The notes below the pieces were generated by a model that was not told the DNA's origin, did no database searches, and saw nothing but the letters and a program-made list of their open reading frames with translations. Positions 22,095 to 30,635 of a stretch of 64,000 nt of DNA are shown piece after piece. The DNA is from Candidatus Bathyarchaeota archaeon (GTDB lineage: Archaea; Thermoproteota; Bathyarchaeia; Bathyarchaeales; Bathycorpusculaceae): positions 544,001 through 608,000 of the forward strand of contig CAVZJV010000014.1 of NCBI GenBank assembly GCA_963775685.1, given 5' to 3'. The first letter of the stretch is position 1; each line of letters opens with the position of its first letter. The translations under genes were made by a program, and so were the position numbers.

Positions 22095-22323
22095 AAGAAC
22101 AACATCACGCTAAAATTTCAGTTGTTGTTCTTTTGTTAGTGCAAGATTACGTTGGAAGAAGAAAAAATCGGATTTAACCCAATGCAATTTTTTCTTCTCC
22201 TGAAAGAAGACAGAAACGTGTGCAGATTGTTGCCTTCTTCTTTTTATCACTTAAACGGGCAAGATGTTGTTTGAAAGAAGAAGAACGGGCTTTTCTGTAG
22301 CAATTAGCCGTTTTTCTTCTTCT
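22095..22323. repeat. Second array of four (GAA/CAA)n-armed palindromes
   Basis: AAGAACAACA..TGTTGTTCTT (22095-22132); AGAAGAAAAAAT..ATTTTTTCTTCT (22157-22198); AAAGAAGA..TCTTCTTT (22203-22243); AGAAGAAGAACGG..CCGTTTTTCTTCT (22276-22320). Confidence 0.7.
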
Positions 22324-22400
22324 AATACTCGTAATATTGGAGCTCCATTTCGATCCAGCAACAACTTCTGCTATTATCAGGCATTCGAACAATTTTGCTC

Positions 22401-23345
22401 TTAAGGTTGACCACTGAAGAGGTTGACCATTTTATTTGAGGGAACTACTTCTTGAAGAATGACCGAGGCGACGTGAGAGAAAAATCTGCGTAGAACTTCG
22501 TTTTGACTATCTTCTTTTGCCTTTGGGATGTGGTCTGACATTAAGAATTTGTAGGCAAAGTTTTCCGCGAATGCTTGCCTCCAAGAATCATCCCTGGTAG
22601 AAGATTTGCTATCAATAATCAATTCACTTAGTCCCTTTTGGGTTTCTTTGAGTTGTTGGCTTAGAATGAAAAGTTGATTGTAATTATTTGCATCGCCACT
22701 TCTCTGCTCCATGCTTCTTTGGGTCTCATCCTCTTGGTCAGATTGAGCAGTCCATTTCAACTGACTTACTTTTTCCGTTACATCTTCTATTTTTTTCCCA
22801 ACGAACGCTAGCTCTGTTGAGGTATGAGGGGGGACAGCCTCTAAAACCTGGGCAGAATGTAATATATCGTATAAGACTGAATGCCCAAAATGATTGACGA
22901 GCCAGGGTATTTCTTCGAAAAGGGGATAATCTAGCCTTTTTCCCCAGTCTTCTAAGACGTGCGTGAGCTTCTCAAATTCGTCTAAATGCTCAACTATGAA
23001 TTGTTCTTGAAACTGCTCTCGGGCCTTGCGTATGTCTTCAAGTGATCGATTTTTAAACAGTTTTAGGGCTTCTATGCCGTTTAGGGGATTAAGATGAATC
23101 GTGTTAAGGTATAATATTGCACCCCGGAAGGTTAGGTGGAACAGTTTCTTTTTTCGCGGGTTTTCGTTTGAGTCATTGAAGGGAGTTAGGTAGCCTTCTT
23201 GGTGGAGTTTGTTGAGGCAGAAGTGGATTGTTCCGCGGCTTATTTTCTCTAGTTGTTTTTGCTTGTAGAGATCATATTCAGTTTGTGGACCTTGTTGCGC
23301 AATAAGGGCTAGTATAGAGTGGGTTTTTGGGTTTTTCTTTAGCAA
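22401..23345 (-). CDS. Winged-HTH (PadR-like) protein
   Basis: GPQTEYDL..ISRGTIHFCLNKLHQEGYL..LTFRG. Confidence 0.7.
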   Translation of the reverse strand: MLKKNPKTHSILALIAQQGPQTEYDLYKQKQLEKISRGTIHFCLNKLHQEGYLTPFNDSNENPRKKKLFHLTFRGAILYLNTIHLNPLNGIEALKLFKNRSLEDIRKAREQFQEQFIVEHLDEFEKLTHVLEDWGKRLDYPLFEEIPWLVNHFGHSVLYDILHSAQVLEAVPPHTSTELAFVGKKIEDVTEKVSQLKWTAQSDQEDETQRSMEQRSGDANNYNQLFILSQQLKETQKGLSELIIDSKSSTRDDSWRQAFAENFAYKFLMSDHIPKAKEDSQNEVLRRFFSHVASVILQEVVPSNKMVNLFSGQP

Positions 23346-23439
23346 TATCTCAGTGACCTATGTGATATCTAAAAGATACTTCCTTAAATAATTTTCTCGC
23401 ACTATTATCACAGTAAGCACTGAGATGTGAAGAAGTGAA

Positions 23440-23715
23440 ATGAGCATACCCAAAATCGTGGAACACAAAATAATAAAAATGCGAAAACGCGACGGCACAA
23501 CACAATACACACTAACGCTTCCCAAAGAGTTCGCCGAAGCCTTAACACAAGAAGGAATCGATTCTCTATACATTGTTTTCAACAGAGGACTCGGAGCTTT
23601 CCCAAAGATTCCAGGCTTCACCGAAAAAGCATTAACCACATTTCTGCAGGAACACCAAGCACTCCAAAAACTCTTCACCAAAACTACTGAAACCGATTTA
23701 ATTATTCAGAAATAA
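23440..23715 (+). CDS. Small AbrB-like DNA-binding protein
   Basis: YTLTLPKEFAEAL motif; divergent from the wHTH gene. Confidence 0.6.
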   Translation: MSIPKIVEHKIIKMRKRDGTTQYTLTLPKEFAEALTQEGIDSLYIVFNRGLGAFPKIPGFTEKALTTFLQEHQALQKLFTKTTETDLIIQK

Positions 23716-23733
23716 GAAGGAAAGAAAAGAGAA

Positions 23734-24183
23734 ATGGCTGGACTAACCGAGGAAACTCAGGATATATTTGGCAAGGCCGATAGCAAATCCTGCCTAAATG
23801 AAAACACTAGCCTAGACCCATTACAGCCACTGATTTTTGTTCGCTACCGCGACCATGTCCTGTACAATCGTGCCTCTGCTGTTTTGATGCAACCACAGAT
23901 TAGAGAAGCTGTAGGCTGGCTAATCTACGAAGCCGATCAATACATTATTCTTTCCTGGGATAGGGATGCAGACCCACCAACACTTCATGGTGGCGACCCG
24001 AAAGCCTCAGGTCTTGTTCTCCTAAAGTCAGACATTGTTCGATCGATTAAGTTCTATCCGCATCTTCTTCCAAATCTAGAATTGAATTTAAAAAGTAAAC
24101 AATCCATACATGCAGATGAGTCTGCGTTCCGACGACCATCGGAGCGAAAAACTCACTCCTCAAAAGGAGAAAAAACAAAATGA
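23734..24183 (+). CDS. Integrase-coupled hypothetical protein (possible Sm-like fold), copy A
   Basis: VRYRDHV..REAVGW..GLVLLKSDI, paralog of 27142-27582; ATGA overlap with integrase. Confidence 0.75.
   Translation: MAGLTEETQDIFGKADSKSCLNENTSLDPLQPLIFVRYRDHVLYNRASAVLMQPQIREAVGWLIYEADQYIILSWDRDADPPTLHGGDPKASGLVLLKSDIVRSIKFYPHLLPNLELNLKSKQSIHADESAFRRPSERKTHSSKGEKTK
24117..24169 (+). promoter_or_regulatory. Structured integrase leader (hairpin + SD-sequestering hairpin), copy A
   Basis: TGAGT-CTG-CGTTCCGA-cgacca-TCGGAGCG-AAAA-ACTCA, then CTCCT-caaa-AGGAG; TATA-like TTTAAAAA at 24087. Confidence 0.55.
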
Positions 24184-25607
24184 TCGAAAAGACCCTTTTA
24201 GCCCCCGCTATAACCCGCAACCATCAACTTTCCCTTGAAGAAATAAAAAGCCTCAACCTCCCCATGACATTCCAAGGCGACCAAGTTGTAATCTACACAA
24301 GCTTAACCGGCTGGAAACTCAAAAAACCCGTAACCATAGAACTCAAAAACATCTTAGATGCTAAAGAAAAAGGCCTCGTCGACTACATCATCAGATCCTG
24401 CCTAAACGACCGCCCCGGCGTAATTGCTTTTTTATTCGAGAACCAAAGCATGCTAAAACTCGCTCGCCACTTTCTACGCCATCTCTCAGGCTCCTACAGA
24501 AGCTGCTTAACCTACTCCGTCAACGTCAAACGATACGCGACTTGGCTAGGCTATACGCCTGACTTAATTATCCAAGACGTCAAACCTGTCGGCGCAATCC
24601 CAGACCCCATAAAAGTACAGAACCACTGTGGATTCCTAAACGACTACCTCGCCGAACTACAAGACGACGACCTCAAACCAGCAGCAGTAAACAACTACAT
24701 CAAAGCTGTCAAAACCTTCTACCACGTAAACGGAATCGACGTCAAACTCACAGAACGCCTATCCCGAAAAGTCGCCTACAAAGACCGAGCCCCAAAACCC
24801 GAAGAAATCACAACCATGCTCGATAAATCAGCTACTCGCGAAGCCTTTATCATTGCAGCCTTAGCAACAGGTGGATTCCGAGAAGGAACATTTTGTAAAC
24901 TAAAATACCGACACGTAAAAGAAGACCTCGAAGCTAACAGAATTCCCATACACATACACGTAGAAGCCGAAATCACCAAAGGAAAATACCACGACTACGA
25001 CACCTTCATCAACACTGAAGCAAGCAACCTGCTGAAAATGTACATCGCCGACAGAAGACGAGGCATCAGATATACTCCGCCAGAAGAAATCACCGACGAC
25101 TCACCTTTAGTTCGAAGTGATCACCAAGCACACAAAGTGGTCGGTATCAGCGAAAAAACGCTGCGAAAAATCGTGCACACAATCGCTGTTGAAGCTGGCG
25201 TCTCAAAGAAACTGCCTGACAGCTGGATGTACAGTGTAAGAACCCATAGCCTGCGAAAATACTTTAGAACCCAGATGAGTGCCTCAAAAATCGATAGCGA
25301 AATCATCAAATATTTCATGGGCAAAACCATCGACACTTATGAAGACGTCCAAAGCCTAGGTATTGAAACCCTAAGAAATCTCTACACATCTGCAGGATTA
25401 GCGATTAGACCGAAAACTCAGACCAATAGAATTGAGCAGTTTAAAGAAATCTTACGCGCCATGGGAGAGAACCCTGAAGAAGTCTTATCTAAGGATGCTT
25501 TGATGCGGGGAAATATAACTGAGCTCCCAGAAATATACCAGAATCATCAGTTATCGATTCTGGCTCAGCAGCTTAAGCAGCTGATTATGAGGGAGGTCAG
25601 GGTTTAG
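24180..25607 (+). CDS. int: Tyrosine recombinase/integrase A
   Basis: Catalytic R (GGFRE), K (TKGK), HSLR, FMG, Y (TYED). Confidence 0.92.
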   Translation: MIEKTLLAPAITRNHQLSLEEIKSLNLPMTFQGDQVVIYTSLTGWKLKKPVTIELKNILDAKEKGLVDYIIRSCLNDRPGVIAFLFENQSMLKLARHFLRHLSGSYRSCLTYSVNVKRYATWLGYTPDLIIQDVKPVGAIPDPIKVQNHCGFLNDYLAELQDDDLKPAAVNNYIKAVKTFYHVNGIDVKLTERLSRKVAYKDRAPKPEEITTMLDKSATREAFIIAALATGGFREGTFCKLKYRHVKEDLEANRIPIHIHVEAEITKGKYHDYDTFINTEASNLLKMYIADRRRGIRYTPPEEITDDSPLVRSDHQAHKVVGISEKTLRKIVHTIAVEAGVSKKLPDSWMYSVRTHSLRKYFRTQMSASKIDSEIIKYFMGKTIDTYEDVQSLGIETLRNLYTSAGLAIRPKTQTNRIEQFKEILRAMGENPEEVLSKDALMRGNITELPEIYQNHQLSILAQQLKQLIMREVRV

Positions 25608-25611
25608 TGAA

Positions 25612-25634
25612 CGAAAAAACTGGTAGTTTTTTCG
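25612..25634. repeat. Perfect 10-bp inverted repeat between integrase A and the att core
   Basis: CGAAAAAACT-ggt-AGTTTTTTCG. Confidence 0.75.
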
Positions 25635-25643
25635 CGTTAATAT

Positions 25644-25659
25644 TGGCGCCGCCGAAAGG
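25644..25659. repeat. att core (distal copy of the tRNA-Asn 3' end)
   Basis: TGGCGCCGCCGAAAGG identical to 60840-60855. Confidence 0.92.
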
Positions 25660-25678
25660 TTCCGCGGCTTATAAGCTG

Positions 25679-25691
25679 AACTTATACTAGA
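25679..25691. promoter_or_regulatory. att arm repeat (left end)
   Basis: AACTTATACTAGA is the reverse complement of TCTAGTATAAGTT at 60816-60828. Confidence 0.75.
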
Positions 25692-25702
25692 CTTTTGCGA
25701 AG

Positions 25703-27145
25703 TCACCGTTGATTTGTGACCTCCCTACGTATGATATTCTTAAGTTCCTCGGCTAAGATCGAGAGTTGGTGCGTCTGATTCTGCTCAGAATTAACGGTTA
25801 TGTTTCCTCTGATAAAGGCGTCTTTGCTTAAGATTTCCTCGGGGTTCTCTCCCCAAGCGCGAATTATTTCTTTGAGTTGGTCTATGCGGTTAAGTTTCGT
25901 CTTAGGTCGGATTGCTAAGTTCGCTGCTGCGTACATGTTTCTGAGTGCGTCTATTCCGAGGCTTTGAACGTCTGCGTAGGTGCTAATGGTGTGCCCCATC
26001 ATATACTCGACGATTTCTGATTCGATTTTTGCTGCAAGTAACTGAGATTTGAAGAACTTTCTTAGGCTGTGGGTTCTTACGGTGTACATCCAACTATCTG
26101 CTAGCTTTTTTGCTGTGCCTGTTTCGACAGCTACTTTGTGAACGATTGCTCGTAGCTGTTTTTCGCTTATGGGTTCAACTCTGTTAGCGTAATGAGTGCT
26201 TCTTATGAGCGGTGCGTCGTCGGTGATTACTTCAGGGGGAGTGTATTTTGAGCCGTGGCGTCTTTCTTGGATGTAGAGTTTTAAGAGTTGGCAGGCTTCG
26301 TTGTTTAGGAAAGTGTCGTAGTCGTGGTATTTTCCTTTGGTAATTTCGGTTTCTATATGGACATGAATTGGGACCACGCCTGCTTCTAGGTCTTCTTTGA
26401 CGTGTCGATATTTGAGTTTGCTTAAGGTTCCTTCTCTGAAGGCTGCGATTGCAAAGGCTGCTATGATGAAGCTTTCTCTTGTGTCGGACTTATCTAGCAT
26501 CGCTGCGATTTCTTCGGGTTTTGGCGCTCGGTCTTTATTCTCAACTTTTCTGCTAAGCGGTTGGTCTAACTTGACTGTTTTTGCTCCGTTAACGCGATAA
26601 AAGCTTCTTACGGCTTTCATGCAGTTGCTTATTGCACCGGCTGAAAGTCCTGCATCTTGAAGGTCAGCTAAGTAGTCGTTGATAAAAGCGCAGTGGTTTT
26701 GCACTCGTTGCGGATCGGGGATTGCTCCAACTGGCTTTAGGTCGACGATGATTTCGTCGGGTTTGTATCCGAGCCAAGTTGCGTATTTTTTGACGCCGGC
26801 TGAGTAGTTTCGGCAGCTTGAGAAGGACTTTGAGCAGTTGCGTAGAAAGTGGCGCGCTAGTTTAAGGAGAGTTTTGTTTGCAAAAATATAAGGGATCAGT
26901 GCGGGTTGCTCTCTTATGCAGCCTCTAATAACGTAGTCTACGAGTCCTTTTTCGCCTGCTTCTAAGACGAGGTTTAATTCGATAGCTATGGGTGTTTTGA
27001 GTTTCCAGCCGTTGAGGCTTTTTTCGATTATAACGAGGTTTCCTTGAAACATCAGCGGAAGTCCGAGGCTTTTTAGATCTTCGATGGTTAAATCACGGTT
27101 TCGAGTTATAGCTGGGGCTAACTGTCTAGTCTTATGTTCAATCAA
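25703..27145 (-). CDS. int: Tyrosine recombinase/integrase B (provirus integrase)
   Basis: AFRE, TKGK, HSLR, MMGH, TY; full-length paralog of 24180-25607. Confidence 0.92.
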   Translation of the reverse strand: MIEHKTRQLAPAITRNRDLTIEDLKSLGLPLMFQGNLVIIEKSLNGWKLKTPIAIELNLVLEAGEKGLVDYVIRGCIREQPALIPYIFANKTLLKLARHFLRNCSKSFSSCRNYSAGVKKYATWLGYKPDEIIVDLKPVGAIPDPQRVQNHCAFINDYLADLQDAGLSAGAISNCMKAVRSFYRVNGAKTVKLDQPLSRKVENKDRAPKPEEIAAMLDKSDTRESFIIAAFAIAAFREGTLSKLKYRHVKEDLEAGVVPIHVHIETEITKGKYHDYDTFLNNEACQLLKLYIQERRHGSKYTPPEVITDDAPLIRSTHYANRVEPISEKQLRAIVHKVAVETGTAKKLADSWMYTVRTHSLRKFFKSQLLAAKIESEIVEYMMGHTISTYADVQSLGIDALRNMYAAANLAIRPKTKLNRIDQLKEIIRAWGENPEEILSKDAFIRGNITVNSEQNQTHQLSILAEELKNIIRREVTNQR

Positions 27146-27582
27146 TGTTTTTTCGCTCCTTTCTGGATTTTGGAGCTGAGTTTTTCGCTTCTTTGGCTAG
27201 GAGCGCATACTCGATTCTTTAGTAAAGTGGATGGACAATTTAAAACATGCTCAAAATTTAGAAGCGCCATGGAAACAATGCAGCTTTTAATAACCACCAC
27301 GCCGTTAAAACCGCTACGGCACTCTGGAAGAGGCCTATCACACTCGATAAGCATAACATCATCGTTCTCTTCCTTAACCCAGCCTATTGCTTCCCGTATG
27401 ATTGCTTCAGCAGCAGGTGTCTCAACGTTTCTAAAAAACACATGGTCTCTGTACCTAACGTAAACAGCTTTGAGGATTTGGGAGCTATCGCCAGCTGATT
27501 CGCCAAAACATACACCGTTCAGGCTAACTTCATTGGTGCTCTTCATTGAACCTGTAGCGAGATCAGCCATTTCCTCCCACAC
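27142..27582 (-). CDS. Integrase-coupled hypothetical protein (possible Sm-like fold), copy B
   Basis: VRYRDHV..REAIGW..GVVVIKSCI; TTGA overlap with integrase. Confidence 0.75.
   Translation of the reverse strand: MWEEMADLATGSMKSTNEVSLNGVCFGESAGDSSQILKAVYVRYRDHVFFRNVETPAAEAIIREAIGWVKEENDDVMLIECDRPLPECRSGFNGVVVIKSCIVSMALLNFEHVLNCPSTLLKNRVCAPSQRSEKLSSKIQKGAKKH
27154..27212 (-). promoter_or_regulatory. Structured integrase leader, copy B
   Basis: Minus strand GAGT-ATG-CGCTCCT-agccaa-AGAAGCG-AAAA-ACTC, then GCTCC..GGAGC over the SD; TTTTAAAT at 27245-27238. Confidence 0.55.
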
Positions 27583-27602
27583 CTCTTAATTTTATGGTTA
27601 GT

Positions 27603-27842
27603 TTACTTGTTTGGTTCTGGAATCTTTTCGAAGTTGACAAGTTCCCAGGGAATGTGTGCCACCAGTCCGCATCCGACATAGCGATAGAAACTTTCTGGAT
27701 CAACAAGGCTGGTGTTGCCTGTTTGCATTAAGCGGGGCTTTTGCATTTTTATGTGACATGCGCACGCTTCGCCTAGGCAATCGCTGTTTTCCTGTTGAGG
27801 GTGCGATGCAGCTAAGGGACAAACCTTACGAGGCTCCATCAT
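27603..27842 (-). CDS. Small Cys-rich viral protein
   Basis: CPL..CLGEACA..GCGLV; coupled to the upstream gene. Confidence 0.65.
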   Translation of the reverse strand: MMEPRKVCPLAASHPQQENSDCLGEACACHIKMQKPRLMQTGNTSLVDPESFYRYVGCGLVAHIPWELVNFEKIPEPNK

Positions 27843-28051
27843 GGTCTCTCCTTCGCTAATGCTGTTTCCTCAGCCGTATCAAAGGTCACGGCTGGAAATG
27901 GCGCCTTGGGTCGTTTATGGGTTGCCTTGTATGCTTTGAGTCCTTGTTTGAGGATTTCATTTGCGAATGCGCTTCGGGTTGCTAGGTCCCTGTAGGCGTC
28001 TATTTCTTTTAGGACCGCTTGATCGATGGTGAAGGCGACTTTTGCTTTCAT
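27839..28051 (-). CDS. Ribbon-helix-helix (CopG-like) protein
   Basis: VAFTIDQAVLKEID..RSAFANEIL. Confidence 0.75.
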   Translation of the reverse strand: MKAKVAFTIDQAVLKEIDAYRDLATRSAFANEILKQGLKAYKATHKRPKAPFPAVTFDTAEETALAKERP

Positions 28052-28156
28052 TTCTCTTAATTCCCCTCGTGGTTAACTTAGTTAACTCCGTTACTATGGG
28101 TAACCTTATAAATCTAATCCTACTAATCATACTTCTGTTCACAGGAGAAAAACGGC

Positions 28157-28576
28157 ATGAAAGCGATAAAAATCTCAGACGACATCCACAGCAAACTAAC
28201 CGGTCTACTAGGCGAGCTCACCGCTGAGACTAATAAAATGCAAACTTACCAGGACGCCATAAACGCTCTCCTAGAGCAGTCAGTTATTCTTCCGCCTGAA
28301 GTCATTGCCAAAGTGGAAAACTTCATTGAAGAAAACAAAGATACAGGCTTCACCAACAAAGAGGACTTTGTCCGTGATGCTATACGCTACAGGCTTGAAC
28401 GATTGAAAACCGACAATGAATGCATTGAAGTTTCTCGCGAACAATATAACGAACTCGACGAAGCCCTAAAGGAAATGGGAACACCCTTCCACAGTCCAGA
28501 GCAATTCATACACAGCCAAATATCCGATATCATCTACAAATACGATGAATACAAGAAAAACAAGCAATATCCTTAA
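28157..28576 (+). CDS. Multi-RHH repressor-like regulator
   Basis: AIKISDDIHSKL; ILPPEVIAKV..FVRDAIR; divergent from 27839-28051. Confidence 0.75.
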   Translation: MKAIKISDDIHSKLTGLLGELTAETNKMQTYQDAINALLEQSVILPPEVIAKVENFIEENKDTGFTNKEDFVRDAIRYRLERLKTDNECIEVSREQYNELDEALKEMGTPFHSPEQFIHSQISDIIYKYDEYKKNKQYP

Positions 28577-28618
28577 TCAAACCACTAGCAGACAAGCCTT
28601 ACAAGAATTGTTTCTAAG

Positions 28619-28891
28619 GATGAGACAAAGAAGTTGAGGTTGATAATTCAGGGTGTCAAAAGCTACATTCACATAAAGGAGGATTATCTGTTGCCGATGC
28701 GGCGGTTAGAATCAGAGACGCTCTCAGAATGGAAACACCTAGCCGTATCATGGAAAATACAAATAAGCAGAGCCCAAACTCCATAGGACAAAGTCAAATG
28801 CGAAAACCTGCTAAGCAGTACCCAAGAGCACATCAAACAATTCATCGAAGCCGGCGTCAAAGAGGTTAAAGAACTCAAGGAATTCGATTGA
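28619..28891 (+). pseudogene. Interrupted small helical protein
   Basis: DETKKLRLII..QISRAQTP*DKVKCENL..KEFD reading with one in-frame TAG. Confidence 0.35.
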
Positions 28892-29028
28892 ATTTGTCTA
28901 TGTTAAAAAAGAAATAGGCACTTTATTTAGATTGAATCGTTAGCTGATGAGGCTGAGCGGCAGATAAAAAAAATGCTTCACAATGATTAATTAATCGAAG
29001 CAATAAACCTTAAGCTACAATGTTGGTA

Positions 29029-30543
29029 CTAGTAGTAAACCTGTGGATACTTCCCTGCGATAGGGTAAGCTGGGTCGTCATAGACAATGTCTAGTTTTGA
29101 GCCGTATTGGGTGAGTCTACTCTGTAGTTGTGTCCAGATTTGCTGGGAAGTACCGTTTGCAGCCCACACACCCCAAACACTATCTTGTGGATTACGCATG
29201 CCCCATCCATAGTTTCTGGGCAAAACAAGGGCTGCTTGAGCTTTAATGCCATCACGGATTACAGTGGTGTTTTGGACTACTTCATTCCAGAAGCGTTCTA
29301 ATGCTTGGAAATGTTCCGCTTGCAGGGTTCCGTATGGTCCTGTCATACTATCTGCATAATTGAATAATACGACATATTGAGCCCCATTTTCGTAGGAAGT
29401 TTTCATGTCTTCGAAAATTTCATTTCCATCCGCAAGATATGGGGCTTGTGTGTATTTCCATGTCAAGATCGTTCCCCAGTTTTTGCTCTGTAGATTTGCT
29501 GCGCCGCGCGCTAAGGCGATTTCTTGGGCAACCGAATTGTTCCAGCCTAACTGTGCAAGAACCATGTCGTATCCGCTCTTATAATCCCACCAGTAAAGAC
29601 CATAATCAGAGGTAAAAATTGGAAAATCCCCTTTGCTTATGTTACATTGATTTCTCAAATTATCTATGGGTCCTTTGGTTTTGGCTATAAAGAGATTTGT
29701 TGCGGCATTGTAATCAGGTATTGGGTTGTCGCTCTTTATTTGCAGGTAAGTTTTTTCTTGAGCTATGATATCTGAGCCATTTTCTATTGTATAGAAATTA
29801 TCTCTCAGTACTTGGTAAGAGTGACCTGCATCATGGTGGCCATAAGGTGAACCGCCTGTATATACTTTATTTATTGTGCTTGTGATCGTTTCTCTTAGAG
29901 TTACTGAGCCGTTTGGCTCATAAGTGGTCATGTTGGTGTTACTTAACGTGTTAGATATCGTTACAGAAGAATTGTTGGGGTCAAGCTCAAGGGAAAAGGT
30001 TTCATTGCTTTTTTTTACTTCAATTTTGCCGTCTGGAAAAAATGCTGTCCAACACCCATTATAATCAGAACAGTTTACGACGCCATCATTTAATTTATTG
30101 ATAAAAATTCCTTGATTCTCACCAAAATAGACGGAGCCATCAAGCATTTTGCCTCCAGGTTCATCTCCCAAATAGACTCCCACGAACATGCCTCCCCATC
30201 GTTGCTTGGCAGTTCCTATCCACTCCGCATTTTCGGCATTACCTATTACGTCAAAGTAAGCCGCAAAGTGTAATCCTTTAGATACCGCATAATCGCCTAT
30301 CTCGTTAACTGCAGAGGCATCATTCTTCAAAAGGCCTGACTGTAGCACAAAGAGGTTTGTGTAATTTGCGACTTTGTCAATTAGGGCTTTGGCGTCTTGT
30401 ATGCTGGTTCCGCCATAGGTTACTCCAGCGTAGAACGGTTGTTGTACTTTATGGTTTTCGATTAGACTTGTGTAGCTGATGAATGTGATCAAGCTTCCGC
30501 AGAGTATGCATATGATGGCTAATGAGAGGATTTTCCGGTTCAT
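29029..30543 (-). CDS. Secreted/membrane-anchored protein, possible glycoside-hydrolase-like barrel
   Basis: N-terminal hydrophobic leader; GVYLGDEPGG, FTSDYGLYWWDY, WGTILTW. Confidence 0.75.
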   Translation of the reverse strand: MNRKILSLAIICILCGSLITFISYTSLIENHKVQQPFYAGVTYGGTSIQDAKALIDKVANYTNLFVLQSGLLKNDASAVNEIGDYAVSKGLHFAAYFDVIGNAENAEWIGTAKQRWGGMFVGVYLGDEPGGKMLDGSVYFGENQGIFINKLNDGVVNCSDYNGCWTAFFPDGKIEVKKSNETFSLELDPNNSSVTISNTLSNTNMTTYEPNGSVTLRETITSTINKVYTGGSPYGHHDAGHSYQVLRDNFYTIENGSDIIAQEKTYLQIKSDNPIPDYNAATNLFIAKTKGPIDNLRNQCNISKGDFPIFTSDYGLYWWDYKSGYDMVLAQLGWNNSVAQEIALARGAANLQSKNWGTILTWKYTQAPYLADGNEIFEDMKTSYENGAQYVVLFNYADSMTGPYGTLQAEHFQALERFWNEVVQNTTVIRDGIKAQAALVLPRNYGWGMRNPQDSVWGVWAANGTSQQIWTQLQSRLTQYGSKLDIVYDDPAYPIAGKYPQVYY

Positions 30544-30635
30544 GGCAACTCACCTGTTTGAAGTTAAAACATATAAATAAAAAGAACGGTAAAAACGGTC
30601 AGAAAAAAACCGTTTTAGTCCGGGCTGAACAGGTA

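Larger units (their letters stand above)
10245..25659. mobile_element. Older integrated island / degraded provirus mosaic abutting the tRNA-Asn att site
   Basis: Tyrosine integrase ending 36 bp from the att core, defence and TA genes, duplicate of a provirus gene, pseudogenes; left boundary not defined (no att copy found). Confidence 0.6.

Noticed and set aside
14687-22323. Palindrome arrays as CRISPR or classical integron attC
   Set aside because: Units are not identical repeats, no cas genes or IntI-type integrase were seen, and there are no RYYYAAC/GTTRRRY ends
28619-28891. In-frame TAG here and in the GNAT relic as pyrrolysine recoding
   Set aside because: Many intact genes in the window end in TAG, no pyl genes are visible, and the GNAT relic also has frameshifts
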